A stretch of DNA of 36,835 nucleotides from Patescibacteria group bacterium (GCA_026397045.1 JAPLVO010000013.1:1-36835), one strand, 5' to 3'. Shown: positions 26,825 to 36,642, numbered from the stretch's first letter. The notes: generated by a model not told the origin, from the letters alone. Made by a program: numbers and translations.

Positions 26825-28471
26825 CTAATTTGTAGAAACCTTAATATCTACTGTTATTTTGCCCGCTAAAATAGGCATATTGGGCATCAAACTCGGCCAT
26901 GTCTCGACTTCGGCGCCGGTGATTTGCTCGGCTTTTTGTCTAACTATGTCAGATATGTCTTTTTTAGATTTACCTGCAGCTTCCTTAGCTATGGCGTCCT
27001 TGTCTATTGGGTCTCCATAGAACGCCGAGGTTTTAACACCAAGCTGAATTTTGTCCGTGCTAAATTGTTTTATAAGAGTGTATTTGCCCTCCGATACACC
27101 ATTTTGGTAAACTTGCTTATTGCCCTTGAGCTCATCCTCCACTTGCTTGTCAAATAGCGCATCAATATCGGTGTTTTTAGCTGCGAAGCCAGTGTACTTT
27201 ATCTTAGTAGTAACATTGACCTTATCGGCTTCAGAATCCTGAGGGACTGAAGTGTTGAAATCTACAAAGTCGCTTTGGATAGTTTCAGTGAACAATTTCA
27301 TATCGCTACCTGCTTTTTTGGACAAATCATCTTTTGCAGAGGTTGACTCCTGTTCAGCTTTCTTCCTGGCCCCGGAAATATCTTCGGCCGACAAAATAGT
27401 GACGGTCTTGGTGGATCCACCGCTGGTCTGACCCGAAGACTTGTAGAGGCTCGAATAGCCTGCAATAGAGAAGTTGGTCGGGCCAACATTATATGGCTCT
27501 CCTGGAGCAGATGCAGTGATCTGAACATCGATGCTATCTGAGCAAGCCACAACTCCCCCGCCAGCAACGCCAGCTGGTATTGTTGCGGTCTGAAGAGTTG
27601 TAAAGTTCTTGCCGCCACCAGAAACAACACTCCCCGCGGGCAAGCTATGAGTGCTAACATCATCACAATTTTTAACTGCCAAAGTACCTGTGGCCTTGTT
27701 GCCTACTTCTTTTTTACCTGTTGCTATAATCTCAAAGCTGAGGTCCTTATTAACCTCTAATTTTTTTGCGGCTAAGGTTTGAGTCGATGGGTCAGAAGAG
27801 CTGGAGGCTGCGTCGAGTATAAAATTAAAATCTAGGCTGGCTTTTTTGGCCTTTGCTAGAATAGTTACTTTACCGGTCGGTACAAACACATATAATAGTA
27901 TAAACACAATGGCCGTAACCCCCGTTATGGCAGCGAGCCAGATTCTCTTATTGAGTTTGCCATAATCAGGGACTTTCTTGCCTTTGCTGCCTTTCAGGCT
28001 ATCAGGCTTAGTGGCCCTACTTAGCTCATCGACCTCCCCCTCGTCATCACTCAAGCTAATATGCTTGGCCTCAAAACCTGATGAGCTAGTTGATTTTGAC
28101 TCTTTAGGCTGGGCTTCTTGGGAGGGCTCTATAATTTCTATATCTTTATCTTTCGGGGCTATGCCATTTATATCTGGCACTTGAGCAGAAGCCTTTACCG
28201 AAGAGGCGACTGCCAAGCCAGCTGATCCTGCTAAATTCTTAGTTATCTTGTCATTTGTGACTAGCACCAGATCTTTCTTAGAATCCTGAGCCGCCTTTTT
28301 GAGAAGCTTAACATTTACTGAACTTTGCAGCAACGCAGAACGAGATGGCACTACTAGCCTGACTTCCTGGTCTTTAGCCTCTTTGAGCTGTTCTATGGCT
28401 TCTGTAATTTCTGTATCCGCGTCTAAATACAACACACCTGGGTTGGGGTTTTTAACATTAGAGTTACTCAT
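26825..28471 (-). CDS. Single-pass membrane protein with baseplate J/gp47-like extracellular region
   Basis: N-terminal alpha/beta domain (VLYLDADTEIT...LVTND), disordered linker, TM, beta-rich region with ATG...LPAG...FTT...VQITASAPGEPYNV; family assignment from memory of the motif. Confidence 0.65.
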   Translation of the reverse strand: MSNSNVKNPNPGVLYLDADTEITEAIEQLKEAKDQEVRLVVPSRSALLQSSVNVKLLKKAAQDSKKDLVLVTNDKITKNLAGSAGLAVASSVKASAQVPDINGIAPKDKDIEIIEPSQEAQPKESKSTSSSGFEAKHISLSDDEGEVDELSRATKPDSLKGSKGKKVPDYGKLNKRIWLAAITGVTAIVFILLYVFVPTGKVTILAKAKKASLDFNFILDAASSSSDPSTQTLAAKKLEVNKDLSFEIIATGKKEVGNKATGTLAVKNCDDVSTHSLPAGSVVSGGGKNFTTLQTATIPAGVAGGGVVACSDSIDVQITASAPGEPYNVGPTNFSIAGYSSLYKSSGQTSGGSTKTVTILSAEDISGARKKAEQESTSAKDDLSKKAGSDMKLFTETIQSDFVDFNTSVPQDSEADKVNVTTKIKYTGFAAKNTDIDALFDKQVEDELKGNKQVYQNGVSEGKYTLIKQFSTDKIQLGVKTSAFYGDPIDKDAIAKEAAGKSKKDISDIVRQKAEQITGAEVETWPSLMPNMPILAGKITVDIKVSTN

Positions 28472-28612
28472 ACCTGATATTATACCTCAAGAAGTTTAGC
28501 TTGGGTATCTAGCGTTCGACTTTAATCTATAATTTAGGTCAAAATCGGGCCAATAGACAGCTAAACACCCCTTCGTTACAGAAGCGGATAGCTCCCCGAA
28601 AGGGTGATTAAA

Positions 28613-29329
28613 TTATTTGGCTTGGATTGCTTCTAGTTCTAGCTGATGGCCCCTGAGGCTCATATGCGCTAGGGGTAGAGATAATACTAAAAGGCACATT
28701 GCCATGGAAAAGCCTGCTACCACAAATGGGAATCCGAAGCCGACAAAGCCGGCTGATGATTGGAGGGCGAACTTTGCCTTGCCCCACATATTTGCCCCAG
28801 ATGGCTCTACTACTTGTTTTTCTCGACAGTACTTATCGGTACTGATGGCTATAATTATTAGTCGCAGCTCATAGTAGACGGCTGGAATCATAAAAATAAG
28901 CATTGTGGCTATAACCTGAATTGGGATGATAGCCCAAGCCCCAGCTACAAGTGCTGCCATCATAGACAGATACAGGACCTTGTCGGCCACAGGATCCATT
29001 GCTTTGCCAAACCTGCTAACCGTACCTAATCCACGAGCGATTGCCCCATCTAGGCCATCGCTTAAAAGCACGACTGACATGAAAGCTAGGCCCATGTAGA
29101 GATCTAGCAAATTCCTATTTTTGTAGGAAGGATAGATCCAACAAAAAACTACTATTAACGAAAGTGGCAGCCGTAAAGTGCTGATTATATTGGCAAAATT
29201 TTTACCAAACCAATTGTTTCTTATGGGGTACAGCACGGCTACGAACGGGAAAGCTAACAACCTAAATATTGACCTTGACTTAGTGTTAAGTGCACTAATG
29301 GTGCTTTTGACAGCTATGGCAATTGTCAT
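28613..29329 (-). CDS. CDP-alcohol phosphatidyltransferase family protein
   Basis: ANIISTLR and DGLDGAIAR...FGKAMDPVADK signature; GANMWGKAK. Confidence 0.9.
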   Translation of the reverse strand: MTIAIAVKSTISALNTKSRSIFRLLAFPFVAVLYPIRNNWFGKNFANIISTLRLPLSLIVVFCWIYPSYKNRNLLDLYMGLAFMSVVLLSDGLDGAIARGLGTVSRFGKAMDPVADKVLYLSMMAALVAGAWAIIPIQVIATMLIFMIPAVYYELRLIIIAISTDKYCREKQVVEPSGANMWGKAKFALQSSAGFVGFGFPFVVAGFSMAMCLLVLSLPLAHMSLRGHQLELEAIQAK

Positions 29330-29434
29330 GATGACTCTTTCTACTGGTAGGAACTAGTACACTATCCTAGCATAGTAAACAAATTATGTCTGTAGTATAG
29401 CGTTAATACCTAGATAAGCGTTACAATAGTAACT

Positions 29435-30721
29435 ATGAAATTTAAACTGCCTAAAATAAAAAAGAGCCATGGCGATCAGTACATTGTATCGTTAGATATC
29501 GGCACTGAGTATGTAAAGGCTCTAATAGGACAAGTGGTAGATAGACCTGACAGCAAGACTGGTAAGAGCGAGCAGTGTGTAGAAATAATTGGTGTTGGCA
29601 AAAAGCGACAAAAACTAACCGATATGGCCAATGGTGCAGTAACGGACATAGCTGGAGTGGTAGATAATTGCGACGCGGCCCTGCGAAAAGCCGAAGAGCA
29701 GGCCGGCGTAGTCGCCAAAGATGCTATTCTGGGGATAGCAGGCGAACTAGTTAAGGGTGGCACGACCAGCGTTAGCTATCGTAGGGCAAAACCAGATGTC
29801 AGAATAGACGCCGCTGAGCTTCAGGACATAATAAGCCGAATCCAGAAGCAAGCACTTGATAATGTGCGAAACCAACTTCGCTGGGAGACAGGAAGCGATG
29901 ATATGGAGGTAAAGCTCGTTAACGCGGCAGTTGTAGATGTGAAGATAGACGGCTATAGAGTTACGAACCCAATAGGATTCCAGGGTAAAGATGTTACTAT
30001 CCAGGTATTTAATGCCTTTGCGCCAATGGTGCATCTAGGGGCCCTGCAAACGGTGGCATCAGATCTTGACCTCAATTGCATCAATATTGCTGCCGAGCCA
30101 TTTGCCGTAGCCAAAAGCATTGGTGCCAATGACAGCACAGAGTTCTCCGCAATATTTATAGATATAGGCGGCGGCACAAGTGATATCGCAGTGGTAAATA
30201 ATGGCGGTGTCCAGGGCACCCAAATGTTTGCAATTGGCGGACGAAGCTTTACAAAAAGAATTGCCAGTAGCCTGGGACTGAGCTTTGACGAGGCAGAGGA
30301 AATAAAACTCAAATATTCGGCCGGCAAGCTAGATTCTAAGCTAGAGAAGTCTGTCAATGAAGCTCTAAAGCCAGACATTGGAGTTTGGCTATCAGGTATT
30401 GAAATTGGCTTGGCCGAATTTGACCAACTCGATCACCTACCACCTAGAATCCTGCTATGCGGCGGAGGTAGTGCTCTGCCTGAAATTAAGAAAGCCCTAA
30501 CTACTGGCGACTGGCATAAGTCATCTGCTTTTGCTCGAAAGCCATCTGTAGACTTTGTTACCCCTAAGCAAGTTAATAGAGTAATTGACCTAACTGGCAA
30601 GCTAGACAGCCCGCAAGACATCACCCCTATGGGACTGGCAAATTTGGGATTAGATATTGTTGGCTCTAAGGGACTTGGCGAAAATATCCTTCAGCGACTG
30701 AGCCGAACTATGTCGGTTTGA
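29435..30721 (+). CDS. FtsA-like actin-fold ATPase
   Basis: SLDIGTEYVK, GAVTDI, AAEPFA, IDIGGGTSDI, GGRSFT, AEEIK, CGGGSAL; C-terminal amphipathic helix. Confidence 0.9.
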   Translation: MKFKLPKIKKSHGDQYIVSLDIGTEYVKALIGQVVDRPDSKTGKSEQCVEIIGVGKKRQKLTDMANGAVTDIAGVVDNCDAALRKAEEQAGVVAKDAILGIAGELVKGGTTSVSYRRAKPDVRIDAAELQDIISRIQKQALDNVRNQLRWETGSDDMEVKLVNAAVVDVKIDGYRVTNPIGFQGKDVTIQVFNAFAPMVHLGALQTVASDLDLNCINIAAEPFAVAKSIGANDSTEFSAIFIDIGGGTSDIAVVNNGGVQGTQMFAIGGRSFTKRIASSLGLSFDEAEEIKLKYSAGKLDSKLEKSVNEALKPDIGVWLSGIEIGLAEFDQLDHLPPRILLCGGGSALPEIKKALTTGDWHKSSAFARKPSVDFVTPKQVNRVIDLTGKLDSPQDITPMGLANLGLDIVGSKGLGENILQRLSRTMSV

Positions 30722-30736
30722 TTTATAATTGAAAAT

Positions 30737-31798
30737 ATGGAATTCAATAGCAACAAAAATAAGATTTCAATTCTAATGTCAGTAGCAGTTGTAGCATTTA
30801 TTTTATTAGCTGGGTATATAGCTTCTATAGCCTACCCAGTTCAAATTAATACACAGCCTCCCCCGTCTGTCCTGGGGGTTCTGGCTAAACAAGAGGCAGC
30901 TTCACTGAAACTAGAATTACATAACTACCAAATAAAAGCTGGTGAGCTACCAGATAATTTTGCGCATCCTGATAAATTAGATAAGATCATAGCTGCCTTA
31001 GATTGGCAGAACTACTCGTTGGCTTTTTTTGAGATTGATATATATTCTGAAAAACTCAGTGATGATCTCGCCAAGTTGAATGCTAAAATTGCTCAAGCTG
31101 AGATTGACAGAATAAAAGCCTTAAAAGCCTATAAGCAAGAGGCGCCAAAAGCAGTCAACAAAACCATTCAGCTACCAATATTGCTCTATCATAAAACACC
31201 TGGCAATTTTGCTGCTCAGCTAGACGCTCTATTGGCCAAGGGCTACACCACCATTTCTATGGCTCAACTAGAAAACTATTTTGATGGCCTTGGCCAGCTG
31301 CCAGCCAAGCCTGTGGTAATAACCTTCGACGATGGCTTTAGCGATCAGTCTGCAGCCTTCTCTCTATTGCTACAAAGAAACATGAAAGCTACATCCTACA
31401 TTGTGGTTGGTGGCGAGAAAAGCGGCTGGTGCATAGGCGCAATGCGCCGCCCGCAAAATTGCGGTGATAGCTACCTAAACTGGACTCAAATTCGTGAGAT
31501 GACAAAATCTGGCCTTATTGAAATTGGTGCTCACACCATAAATCACGCAGATCTAGCCGGCCTTTCGCCTGCTGATCAAACTAGAGAAATAGTGGATAGC
31601 AAAACTATTATTGAAAAAGAACTTGGGGTAAAAATAACTACCTTCGCCTACCCTTACGGCAGATACAGCCAGGCAACAATAGACATAGCTCTTAAGGCTG
31701 GCTTTAAAAGTGCTGTCACCACCGTGAGTGGTCTGTCACAAAGCAGTGCCAATCGTCTCACCCTAACACGCGTTAGAGACGCCCTACTTCTGCCCTAG
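30737..31798 (+). CDS. Membrane-anchored polysaccharide deacetylase (CE4/NodB)
   Basis: PILLYH, ITFDDG, IGAHTINH, FAYPYG; N-terminal TM. Confidence 0.92.
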   Translation: MEFNSNKNKISILMSVAVVAFILLAGYIASIAYPVQINTQPPPSVLGVLAKQEAASLKLELHNYQIKAGELPDNFAHPDKLDKIIAALDWQNYSLAFFEIDIYSEKLSDDLAKLNAKIAQAEIDRIKALKAYKQEAPKAVNKTIQLPILLYHKTPGNFAAQLDALLAKGYTTISMAQLENYFDGLGQLPAKPVVITFDDGFSDQSAAFSLLLQRNMKATSYIVVGGEKSGWCIGAMRRPQNCGDSYLNWTQIREMTKSGLIEIGAHTINHADLAGLSPADQTREIVDSKTIIEKELGVKITTFAYPYGRYSQATIDIALKAGFKSAVTTVSGLSQSSANRLTLTRVRDALLLP

Positions 31799-31801
31799 CT
31801 A

Positions 31802-33622
31802 TTACTCTAATATAGCCTTTATTCGGCGCACTCCAGCTGAGCTAGATTCTTCCTTTACTATTTTAAATTTGCCTATTTCGCCAGTATGATCAACATGTGG
31901 CCCACCACATATTTCTTTTGAATAGTAATCAGCTTCTGGGTCGCCTACTGTATAGACCTTGACTGTATCTGGGTATTTTTCGCCAAAAGCACCAAGGGCC
32001 CCCTCTTTAACGGCTTGGTCTTTAGTTACTTCTTTACAGTTAAGTGGCAGATCTTGAGAAATAATATCATTTACCATTTTTTCGACTTTTGATATTTGCT
32101 CGGGAGTCATTTTTTCATCATGGCTAAAATCAAAGCGCATTCGCTCTGCAGTAATGTTACTACCTCGTTGCATAACATGCTCACCCAAGACATTTCTGAG
32201 GGCTTTATACATCAAGTGCGTGGCGGTGTGGTAGCGCGTGACTACCTCGCTGTCATCTTCTAGGCCACCCTTGAACTGGCCAGCTGTTGCTGTGCGGCTA
32301 CGATCTTTTTGTTTTTGCATTTCAACTGCAAACTCGTCTTCAAAATTTTGGCCAATTGCAAGATTTGAACGCAAGGCTTCTTCAAGACTTAGTTCCTTAG
32401 GAAACCCATAGGTGTCATAGAGCACAAATGCATCACTGCCCGAAAGGTATTTTTTGTTTGCTAGCATTTTTTCAAATTCTCTTAAGCCTTTTGTAAGGGT
32501 TTGCCTAAATGAATTTTCTTCTCTTTTTAAAACACCCATTATTAGAGTAGGGTTTTGTAGCTCGGGGTAAGAGTCTTTGTAAAGCGATATCACTTTAGGT
32601 GCAATTCTACCGAACAGATCTTGATGAATTCCCACTATCAAGGCTTCGCGAATAGCTCTACGGGCAAGTCGTCGCATCACATAGCCCTGATCTTTGTTGT
32701 TTGGCACCACCCCGTCAGCAGCCATAAAAACAATACTTCTTGTGTGGTCTGTTATTATTCGTACCGATCTTAGGGATGATTCTGGAGTGGTTTCAGCAAA
32801 TACTTCTTGATGCGTTTCGTTAGCATATTCTTCAACCGATGATTTTATTTGTGAGAGCATATCTGTGTCATAGACATTATTTAGACCCTGCAAGACTGCG
32901 CTGGTGCGCTCTAAGCCCATACCCGTATCTACATTTTTTACCTCTAGCTCAGTATAGGTTCCGTCTGGCTGGCGCTGATAAGACATAAATACATTGTTCC
33001 AGATCTCGACAAAATCAGTGCTTTCTGTATCAAAAACTGGATCTTCTTCTTTCCCCAGATAATAAAATATTTCAGTGTCAGGGCCAGCCGGGCCTGTAGC
33101 AACGCCGCCTTGCTCCCACCAGTTGTCGGCCTTGCCAAGGGCTAGTATCCGCGTGCCTTCTTCAGCAACAATTCCAGCTTTGGCAAATTGCTCTTGCCAG
33201 AGTGCGATAGACTCTTCGTCTTTGGGTACAACACCATCTCCCTGGTAGACAGTTGTATATAGCTTAGTTGGGTCTATACCAAGCCATTTTGGGTCTGTCA
33301 AAAATTCCCAACTCCAGGCTATAGATTCTTTCTTGAAATAGTCGCCAAGGCTCCAGTTACCAAGCATCTCAAAAAATGTAAGGTGGCTGTAATCGCCGAC
33401 CTCCTCTATATCTGTTGTTCTTACCACTTTTTGGGCATTTGCTAGCTTCTTACCTTGAGGGTGAGGCTGGCCAAGTAAATAAGGTACCAAAGGGTGCATT
33501 CCGGCGGTTGTAAAAAGCACCGAAGGGTCGTGTTCTGGCACCACTGGGGCACTAGGAATTATGGCATGGTCTTTTTGAGCAAAAAATTCTAAGAATTTTG
33601 ATCTAATTTCTGAGGTATTCAT
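31802..33622 (-). CDS. alaS: Alanine--tRNA ligase, short form lacking the C-Ala domain
   Basis: FTTAGM, TFFEMLGNWSLGDYFK, DTGMGLER, HTATH, EICGGPHV, SSAGVRRI. Confidence 0.97.
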   Translation of the reverse strand: MNTSEIRSKFLEFFAQKDHAIIPSAPVVPEHDPSVLFTTAGMHPLVPYLLGQPHPQGKKLANAQKVVRTTDIEEVGDYSHLTFFEMLGNWSLGDYFKKESIAWSWEFLTDPKWLGIDPTKLYTTVYQGDGVVPKDEESIALWQEQFAKAGIVAEEGTRILALGKADNWWEQGGVATGPAGPDTEIFYYLGKEEDPVFDTESTDFVEIWNNVFMSYQRQPDGTYTELEVKNVDTGMGLERTSAVLQGLNNVYDTDMLSQIKSSVEEYANETHQEVFAETTPESSLRSVRIITDHTRSIVFMAADGVVPNNKDQGYVMRRLARRAIREALIVGIHQDLFGRIAPKVISLYKDSYPELQNPTLIMGVLKREENSFRQTLTKGLREFEKMLANKKYLSGSDAFVLYDTYGFPKELSLEEALRSNLAIGQNFEDEFAVEMQKQKDRSRTATAGQFKGGLEDDSEVVTRYHTATHLMYKALRNVLGEHVMQRGSNITAERMRFDFSHDEKMTPEQISKVEKMVNDIISQDLPLNCKEVTKDQAVKEGALGAFGEKYPDTVKVYTVGDPEADYYSKEICGGPHVDHTGEIGKFKIVKEESSSAGVRRIKAILE

Positions 33623-33675
33623 AGCTACAATTATAGCAAGTTTTCAGGTTATGGGCGAGATACTAAGCTACTTGG

Positions 33676-34341
33676 CTATATTTTTTCAGCTTTGTCGAAA
33701 GCCTTCACAAAAGAGGCCTTTTGGGCTGTTTGCAAATCGATTGTGGCTTGGTTAGTGGAGCAATTGGCCTGTGGGGGTGCATAGCCTAGCACAAATCCGC
33801 TCAAGGCTTTTTGCTGAGTAGGGCCAGCATCGGTGGCATTAGCGAATTTACTAACTGCACCGAGTGGTAATGTACCGAGGCTACAATACTTGCCGGGGTC
33901 GCTACTATCGGCTCCCCATGCCTTACTCTGCAGTGATCCGGTCGAGAAGAAAGTCGTGCTGCCATTTACGAAATATTGTAAGTCTTTAATATCGTCGCTT
34001 AGCGGCAATTTGTATCCAAGCTCCTTAACCTCTAGGTAACTGCTGGTAGATGCTTTGACAACTACCTTAGCGGCTGCAGCAGCGGCAGCGCTAGCAGCAT
34101 CTTCAAGGGCTTTTTTACCATCTTGAAGTGTCACAACTTGGGCTTTGAGGTCATTTATTTGCTTGTTGTAATCTTTCATTTTAATGTAGCCGTAGATGCC
34201 GATACCGATTAGGGCTAGGGCCAATACTATACTAATAATAATCCAAACTTTTTTTGATTTGTCTTTCTTGGGTAATTCAATACTGTGGTCGGCTTGACTG
34301 TGGCGCATGGCTGATTTGCTATTTTCGTCTTTGGGCATCAT
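33676..34341 (-). CDS. Hypothetical single-pass protein with coiled coil and Ala-rich linker
   Basis: TM helix, heptad segment, AASAAAAAAA run, two Cys; AAAGGAG SD. Confidence 0.75.
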   Translation of the reverse strand: MMPKDENSKSAMRHSQADHSIELPKKDKSKKVWIIISIVLALALIGIGIYGYIKMKDYNKQINDLKAQVVTLQDGKKALEDAASAAAAAAAKVVVKASTSSYLEVKELGYKLPLSDDIKDLQYFVNGSTTFFSTGSLQSKAWGADSSDPGKYCSLGTLPLGAVSKFANATDAGPTQQKALSGFVLGYAPPQANCSTNQATIDLQTAQKASFVKAFDKAEKI

Positions 34342-34461
34342 TTGCTCCTTTGAATTATTATTTATTTAATTGCTTAAATTGTAGCATAAGAACAATGGAT
34401 TATACAGCCATGCCTCTAGCGATACTTCAGCTGCAGTGGCTAACGAAATAGCAAGTGAACT

Positions 34462-35052
34462 CTACTTGTAGTTGCCGGTTGCGCCGATATATATCAGCTT
34501 CCAGCTTTCACTAACCGAAATAAATAATGGGAACCCACGGCGCCACCATTGTGATTTGCTCCAGCGATCATCGAAAGCAGATACGCCCAGCAGCTGGTAG
34601 TCTTTACCAAGCACAGACTCAAATGTTTGGTTTGCCCGACGCTGGTGATACGGACTAGTGACAAGGATCAGTTTTTTTGCACCTGCCTCCTCGGCTATAC
34701 TTTTAGTGTTAATTGCGTTTTGGTAGGTGTTTTGGCTTTTCTCATCGATGTAGATATTGTTGGCAGGAACCCCCTCTGCTAGGGCCTGGTCGCGCATCGC
34801 AAAAGCATTACTGGGGCCGTCGTCCAGAGCGGCGCCAGAAAAAATAATATAGGGTGCATAGCCCTGCTTGTAAAGCTCAATGCCTTTTTGGGCACGGCTA
34901 TTAGTCTGGCCGCCACTAACAACCACGATCGCATCAGATTTTTCTAAATTGTCCTGTGGGCTCAAATAAAAACCGACCCCCACTAGTAATGCGAAACCAA
35001 TCGCTAGGGCTACTGAAATTATTGCTAATGTCCATCCTAAAAACTTTTTCAT
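34462..35052 (-). CDS. YdcF/DUF218 (SanA/ElyC-like) envelope protein
   Basis: DAIVVVSGG, IIFSG, SQNTYQNA, LVTSPYHQRRA. Confidence 0.9.
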   Translation of the reverse strand: MKKFLGWTLAIISVALAIGFALLVGVGFYLSPQDNLEKSDAIVVVSGGQTNSRAQKGIELYKQGYAPYIIFSGAALDDGPSNAFAMRDQALAEGVPANNIYIDEKSQNTYQNAINTKSIAEEAGAKKLILVTSPYHQRRANQTFESVLGKDYQLLGVSAFDDRWSKSQWWRRGFPLFISVSESWKLIYIGATGNYK

Positions 35053-35115
35053 TGCTAATATAATTATAGCAGAAAGCACAATCGGCAACCTTTGGGGGTT
35101 CTGGAATAAGATGGT

Positions 35116-35823
35116 CTAATCTATGACAAATTCGCCATCGCGATGAGTATTTTTTGAAATATTCCAGTAAGGCCCCTTGTATACCTCGATCATTCCATCT
35201 ATGGCCTTCTCGAACAAGTCCACGAACTGTTCGGCCTGCTTGCTATCGAGCTCAATCGTCTCAAGGCTAGCATATTCGGGTTGGCTAATGGGCTCTCCCG
35301 TGGGCAGGTTCACAACCCCGTGAACAGGATGTGGCGTGGCATGATCAGTTATCTCCTCGGTGGCCGTCGAAACATCGCGCTCAATACGCCCCGTCGGATT
35401 AATTTTATAGATCATGGTGGATTCTACTTGTGGCGAATGGTCTAGCAGTGGATCCTCACTACGCGCCGTGTTTTCTCCACGCAAAACTGTGCTTTGATCG
35501 GTATCTATTAATGTATCCCTAGTTGCATCAGAACCCTCAGCACCAGTATTGCTCTCGCTTGCCTTGCTCCAGGGGCTAGAGGAATTTAGTATTTTAGATA
35601 AAATAATCTCAATCTGGTCAGATTCAAAGTTTTTGAATGCCTCATTTGATTGCTCCTTAGGAATATCCATACCTTTGGCGCGTTCTTCCAAAAAATACTT
35701 TCTAGCATTGCCTAGTTTTTCAATCAAGCCTTTGAAACGATCAGCCTGCTCAATCCGTTCGGCAATTTCGGCTCGTTCTGGATTATCTGGGTCCGGTCCT
35801 CTTGGGGTTGGTTCGTTATTCAT
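35116..35823 (-). CDS. Hypothetical acidic cytoplasmic protein
   Basis: 235-aa ORF starting 4 nt after the tatD stop; no motif recognised. Confidence 0.65.
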   Translation of the reverse strand: MNNEPTPRGPDPDNPERAEIAERIEQADRFKGLIEKLGNARKYFLEERAKGMDIPKEQSNEAFKNFESDQIEIILSKILNSSSPWSKASESNTGAEGSDATRDTLIDTDQSTVLRGENTARSEDPLLDHSPQVESTMIYKINPTGRIERDVSTATEEITDHATPHPVHGVVNLPTGEPISQPEYASLETIELDSKQAEQFVDLFEKAIDGMIEVYKGPYWNISKNTHRDGEFVID

Positions 35824-35827
35824 AAAA

Positions 35828-36622
35828 CTATTTTAGCTTAAAAAGCCCTTTCGCGTTAGTGGCAGTTGAGCTAATGAGCTCAGAATACTGCTCGCCCCGC
35901 AACTCAGCCAAAAACTCACCAGTGTATTTTACAAAGCTCGGCTCATTACGCTTGCCGCGCATTGGAGCTGGGCTCAAATACGGGCAATCAGTCTCGAGTA
36001 GTAGCCGGCCGGCCGGTATAATGTTGGCGGCCTCAAGCTGGGCTTGGTCTTTGGTGAAGGTCATAATACCGTTTAGGCCAAAGTAGAGTTCGTAGCCCAA
36101 GGCTTGCTCTACTTCTTTGGTGGTGCCAGTGAAGCTATGAATGACGCCGCGCACTTTTGGGTAGTTTTTGAGTACCTTAAAAAAATCTTCCCAGGCGTCT
36201 CGAACATGAAACACCAGCGGCAGCTCGAGCTCTTGGGCTAGCTGCAGCTGAAACTCTAGTGCATCGTGTTGCTGGGCTTTGGGCGAGTTATTGCGATAAT
36301 AATCTAGCCCACACTCGCCTATCGCGACTAGTAAACCCTGGTACTTACTATCACGAGCCAGCTTGCCAATCACTTTTAGGCCGTCGCTGCCTAGGCTAGC
36401 CTCGTGGGGGTGAATACCGGCCGTAGCGTAGAGCTTAATGCCTTGAGCCATGGCGATGGTTTGTGGGCTCATCACAAACTCTAGAGCCTTAAGTGAGTCT
36501 TGCGGCGTAGTGCCGACGGTTATAATGCTGGCCACCTGGCTGGCATGGGCATTACTAAATACATCGGCGAGGTCACCGCTAAAGTCGTCAAAATGGATGT
36601 GGGCGTGGGTATCAATTAGCAT
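35828..36622 (-). CDS. tatD: TatD-family deoxyribonuclease
   Basis: LIDTHAH, GIHPH, AIGECGLDY, HVRDA, HSFTG, ETDCPYL. Confidence 0.96.
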   Translation of the reverse strand: MLIDTHAHIHFDDFSGDLADVFSNAHASQVASIITVGTTPQDSLKALEFVMSPQTIAMAQGIKLYATAGIHPHEASLGSDGLKVIGKLARDSKYQGLLVAIGECGLDYYRNNSPKAQQHDALEFQLQLAQELELPLVFHVRDAWEDFFKVLKNYPKVRGVIHSFTGTTKEVEQALGYELYFGLNGIMTFTKDQAQLEAANIIPAGRLLLETDCPYLSPAPMRGKRNEPSFVKYTGEFLAELRGEQYSELISSTATNAKGLFKLK

Positions 36623-36642
36623 TAGTATATGTATTATACCTT

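Noticed and set aside
11554..30721. UGA recoding (genetic code 25) as in some CPR lineages
   Set aside because: Long genes are intact under code 11, and TGA ends rnc and the ftsA-like gene at plausible positions.
34070..34100. GCN-rich repeat tract
   Set aside because: Mixed-codon poly-Ala linker, not a phase-variable simple repeat.
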